64,000 nt of DNA from positions 8,267 through 72,266 of the IMG/VR virus record IMGVR_UViG_3300046795_000082; one strand, given 5' to 3'. Origin of the DNA: a virus. Taxonomy: Duplodnaviria; Caudoviricetes. The notes below the pieces were generated by a model, which worked only from the letters and a program-made list of their open reading frames with translations, did not search any database and was not told the DNA's origin. Positions 62,535 through 64,000 of this stretch are shown in pieces (the first letter of the stretch is position 1; each line of letters begins with the position of its first letter). Made by a program: the position numbers and the translations under genes.

Positions 62535-62573
62535 TTGACACCCCCCGGCTGAATGCATATGCTTCTGATATGC
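62535..62573 (+). promoter_or_regulatory. sigma70-like promoter with overlapping 19-bp operator
   Basis: TTGACA-N17-TATGCT; operator identical to 19929-19947. Confidence 0.8.
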
Positions 62574-62608
62574 GTCAGCTGGACACGAGCAGAGAGAGCG
62601 AGGCGACC

Positions 62609-63139
62609 ATGACGATCGATTGCACGACCGGCGTCCTGCGGGACGTGTTCGCACGGCTGGTGAAGACCTACGGCGCAGCCCGCCTGGTGCAGGCGCTGCG
62701 GCTGGTCATCACCGACCCGGTAACACGGCAGCACCTGGCGCGGATCCTGACGACGAGCGAGCCGACCAATAACCCCCATCACAGAGAGAGAGACGAGACC
62801 ATGCCGAAGTTGAAGATTACGCAGTACACCCTGGTGCAGCACAGCGGCTTTCGCCACGACGTCGGCTTCGCCCAGGCCGTCGAGGAGGCCGTCGTGACCA
62901 CCGAGGCCGAGCTGCAGACCGTGCGGAAGGCCGGCGGCGCGCTCTACTCGACCTACCGCGAGGTGTCGAAGGCCGAGTATGACGAGAACTACCCGCCGAA
63001 CGTGAAGGGCATCTATCCCAAGGCCAAGGGCACCTTCTCGACGCAGGCGCTGGACGGTCGGAAGATCTACGTGCTGGCGGGCACGAGCGCCGCGACGATC
63101 CCGGCCGGCGAGGAGCCGACCACCGCGAAGGCGAAGTAA
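62609..63139 (+). CDS. Hypothetical early protein with a second in-frame start at 62801
   Basis: GA-repeat leaders before both ATG 62609 and ATG 62801. Confidence 0.6.
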   Translation: MTIDCTTGVLRDVFARLVKTYGAARLVQALRLVITDPVTRQHLARILTTSEPTNNPHHRERDETMPKLKITQYTLVQHSGFRHDVGFAQAVEEAVVTTEAELQTVRKAGGALYSTYREVSKAEYDENYPPNVKGIYPKAKGTFSTQALDGRKIYVLAGTSAATIPAGEEPTTAKAK

Positions 63140-63145
63140 TCCCAG

Positions 63146-63171
63146 GCCGGGCGGTCTCCACGACGCCCGGC
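63146..63171 (+). terminator. GC hairpin after stop codon (terminator or processing stem)
   Basis: GCCGGGCG-N10-CGCCCGGC. Confidence 0.4.
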
Positions 63172-63210
63172 TGGTTCCTCCACACACGTGCAGATGAGAG
63201 AGAGGCAACC

Positions 63211-63834
63211 ATGGCCACGATGAAGAAAGAGATCGCGGGACGGCTGGTCGACATCCACGTCAGCGAGAAGGACGGCACCTTCAGCTGGCGCAGTGCGGGC
63301 AGCCAGCACTACGTCAGCGAGGCGAGCCTGCCGGTGCTCGCCAAACGCGTGCAGAAGCTGCTGGCGATGAAGCGCATCTCGGTGAACGTCCCAGTGGGCA
63401 TCCTGCACGGCAACGCCACCCCGATCAACGTGCGGCTGCGGCGCTTCAGCGAGAAGGACCACAGCGAGATTCTGGTCAAGGCGATCGACGGCGGGCCGCA
63501 CGCGCCAATTCGGAAGTACTCCGACGTCTACCAGCTCTGGGACGACGCGTCGGTGGCCGAGTTCACACGGCTGAAGGCGGCGGCTCGCGAGGCCGACGAG
63601 GCGCTCGACGCGTTCAAGAAATCGCGGCAGCTGCTGGAGCCGAAGCGAGCCGCGAAAGGCATCGTCAGCGTCCAGACCGTCGACCGCGTGCTGGAGCAGG
63701 CGCTCGACGACAAGGAGGCGCTGCTGGCGCACAAGGCCGAGAAGGCCGCGCTGGACGAGGCCCGCACGCGTGTGGACGAGGCGGCCGACCGCGCCAAGGA
63801 ACTGGACTCCGAGCGCGACCTGGGAGACTTCTGA
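63211..63834 (+). CDS. Hypothetical early protein, coiled-coil C-terminus
   Basis: GA-repeat leader. Confidence 0.6.
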   Translation: MATMKKEIAGRLVDIHVSEKDGTFSWRSAGSQHYVSEASLPVLAKRVQKLLAMKRISVNVPVGILHGNATPINVRLRRFSEKDHSEILVKAIDGGPHAPIRKYSDVYQLWDDASVAEFTRLKAAAREADEALDAFKKSRQLLEPKRAAKGIVSVQTVDRVLEQALDDKEALLAHKAEKAALDEARTRVDEAADRAKELDSERDLGDF

Positions 63835-63977
63835 TGGACCCTCAACTGATGGACCCTCAACTGTTGGAGCTGTTCCAAGAGTCGGATGTGGCGCTGCTCC
63901 TGGGCGCCCTGGTCGCCTTCGTGATCGGGGCAGGCCTGCTCGTCGTGCTGGGCTGGTGGCACAAAAGGAGCGCGTGA
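63834..63977 (+). CDS. Small membrane protein with duplicated N-terminus (MDPQL x2)
   Basis: TGATG coupling, one TM helix. Confidence 0.5.
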   Translation: MDPQLMDPQLLELFQESDVALLLGALVAFVIGAGLLVVLGWWHKRSA

Positions 63978-64000
63978 CCGAGCCGCCGGTCCACATCCGC

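Overview
The window is most of the genome of a GC-rich (~70% by eye) temperate tailed dsDNA phage with podovirus-like morphogenesis; no host chromosomal genes are recognisable. Plus strand 0.4-21.8 kb: XRE regulator, recombination module (Cas4/AddB-like nuclease, AAA_24/Sak4-like ATPase, SSB-like protein), a glycan island (5 glycosyltransferases, 3 SAM methyltransferase-like genes, an NDP-sugar C-methyltransferase, DUF6165-like, cold-shock protein), a macrodomain, excisionase + tyrosine integrase followed by an apparently intact attP, a uracil-DNA-glycosylase/family A DNA polymerase fusion and a small regulatory operon. Minus strand 55.9-22.0 kb: terminases, tail-fibre-like genes, portal, LAGLIDADG nuclease, scaffold, major capsid, adaptors, a large tail protein and ejection proteins (one with a lytic transglycosylase domain). 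Plus strand 56.9-64 kb: MoxR-like AAA ATPase / DUF3150-like / metallopeptidase-VWA triad and small early genes. Primase/helicase and endolysin were not seen and may lie outside the window. The most striking sequence-level signals are a roughly 10-fold over-represented palindrome (A)CACGCGTG(T) and its variant in early-gene leaders, a 19-bp operator shared by two sigma70-like promoters, a structured RNA-like element between attP arm repeats, and three staggered 9-codon mini-ORFs bridging two tail genes. Product calls rest on motif recognition from memory; no database searches were run.
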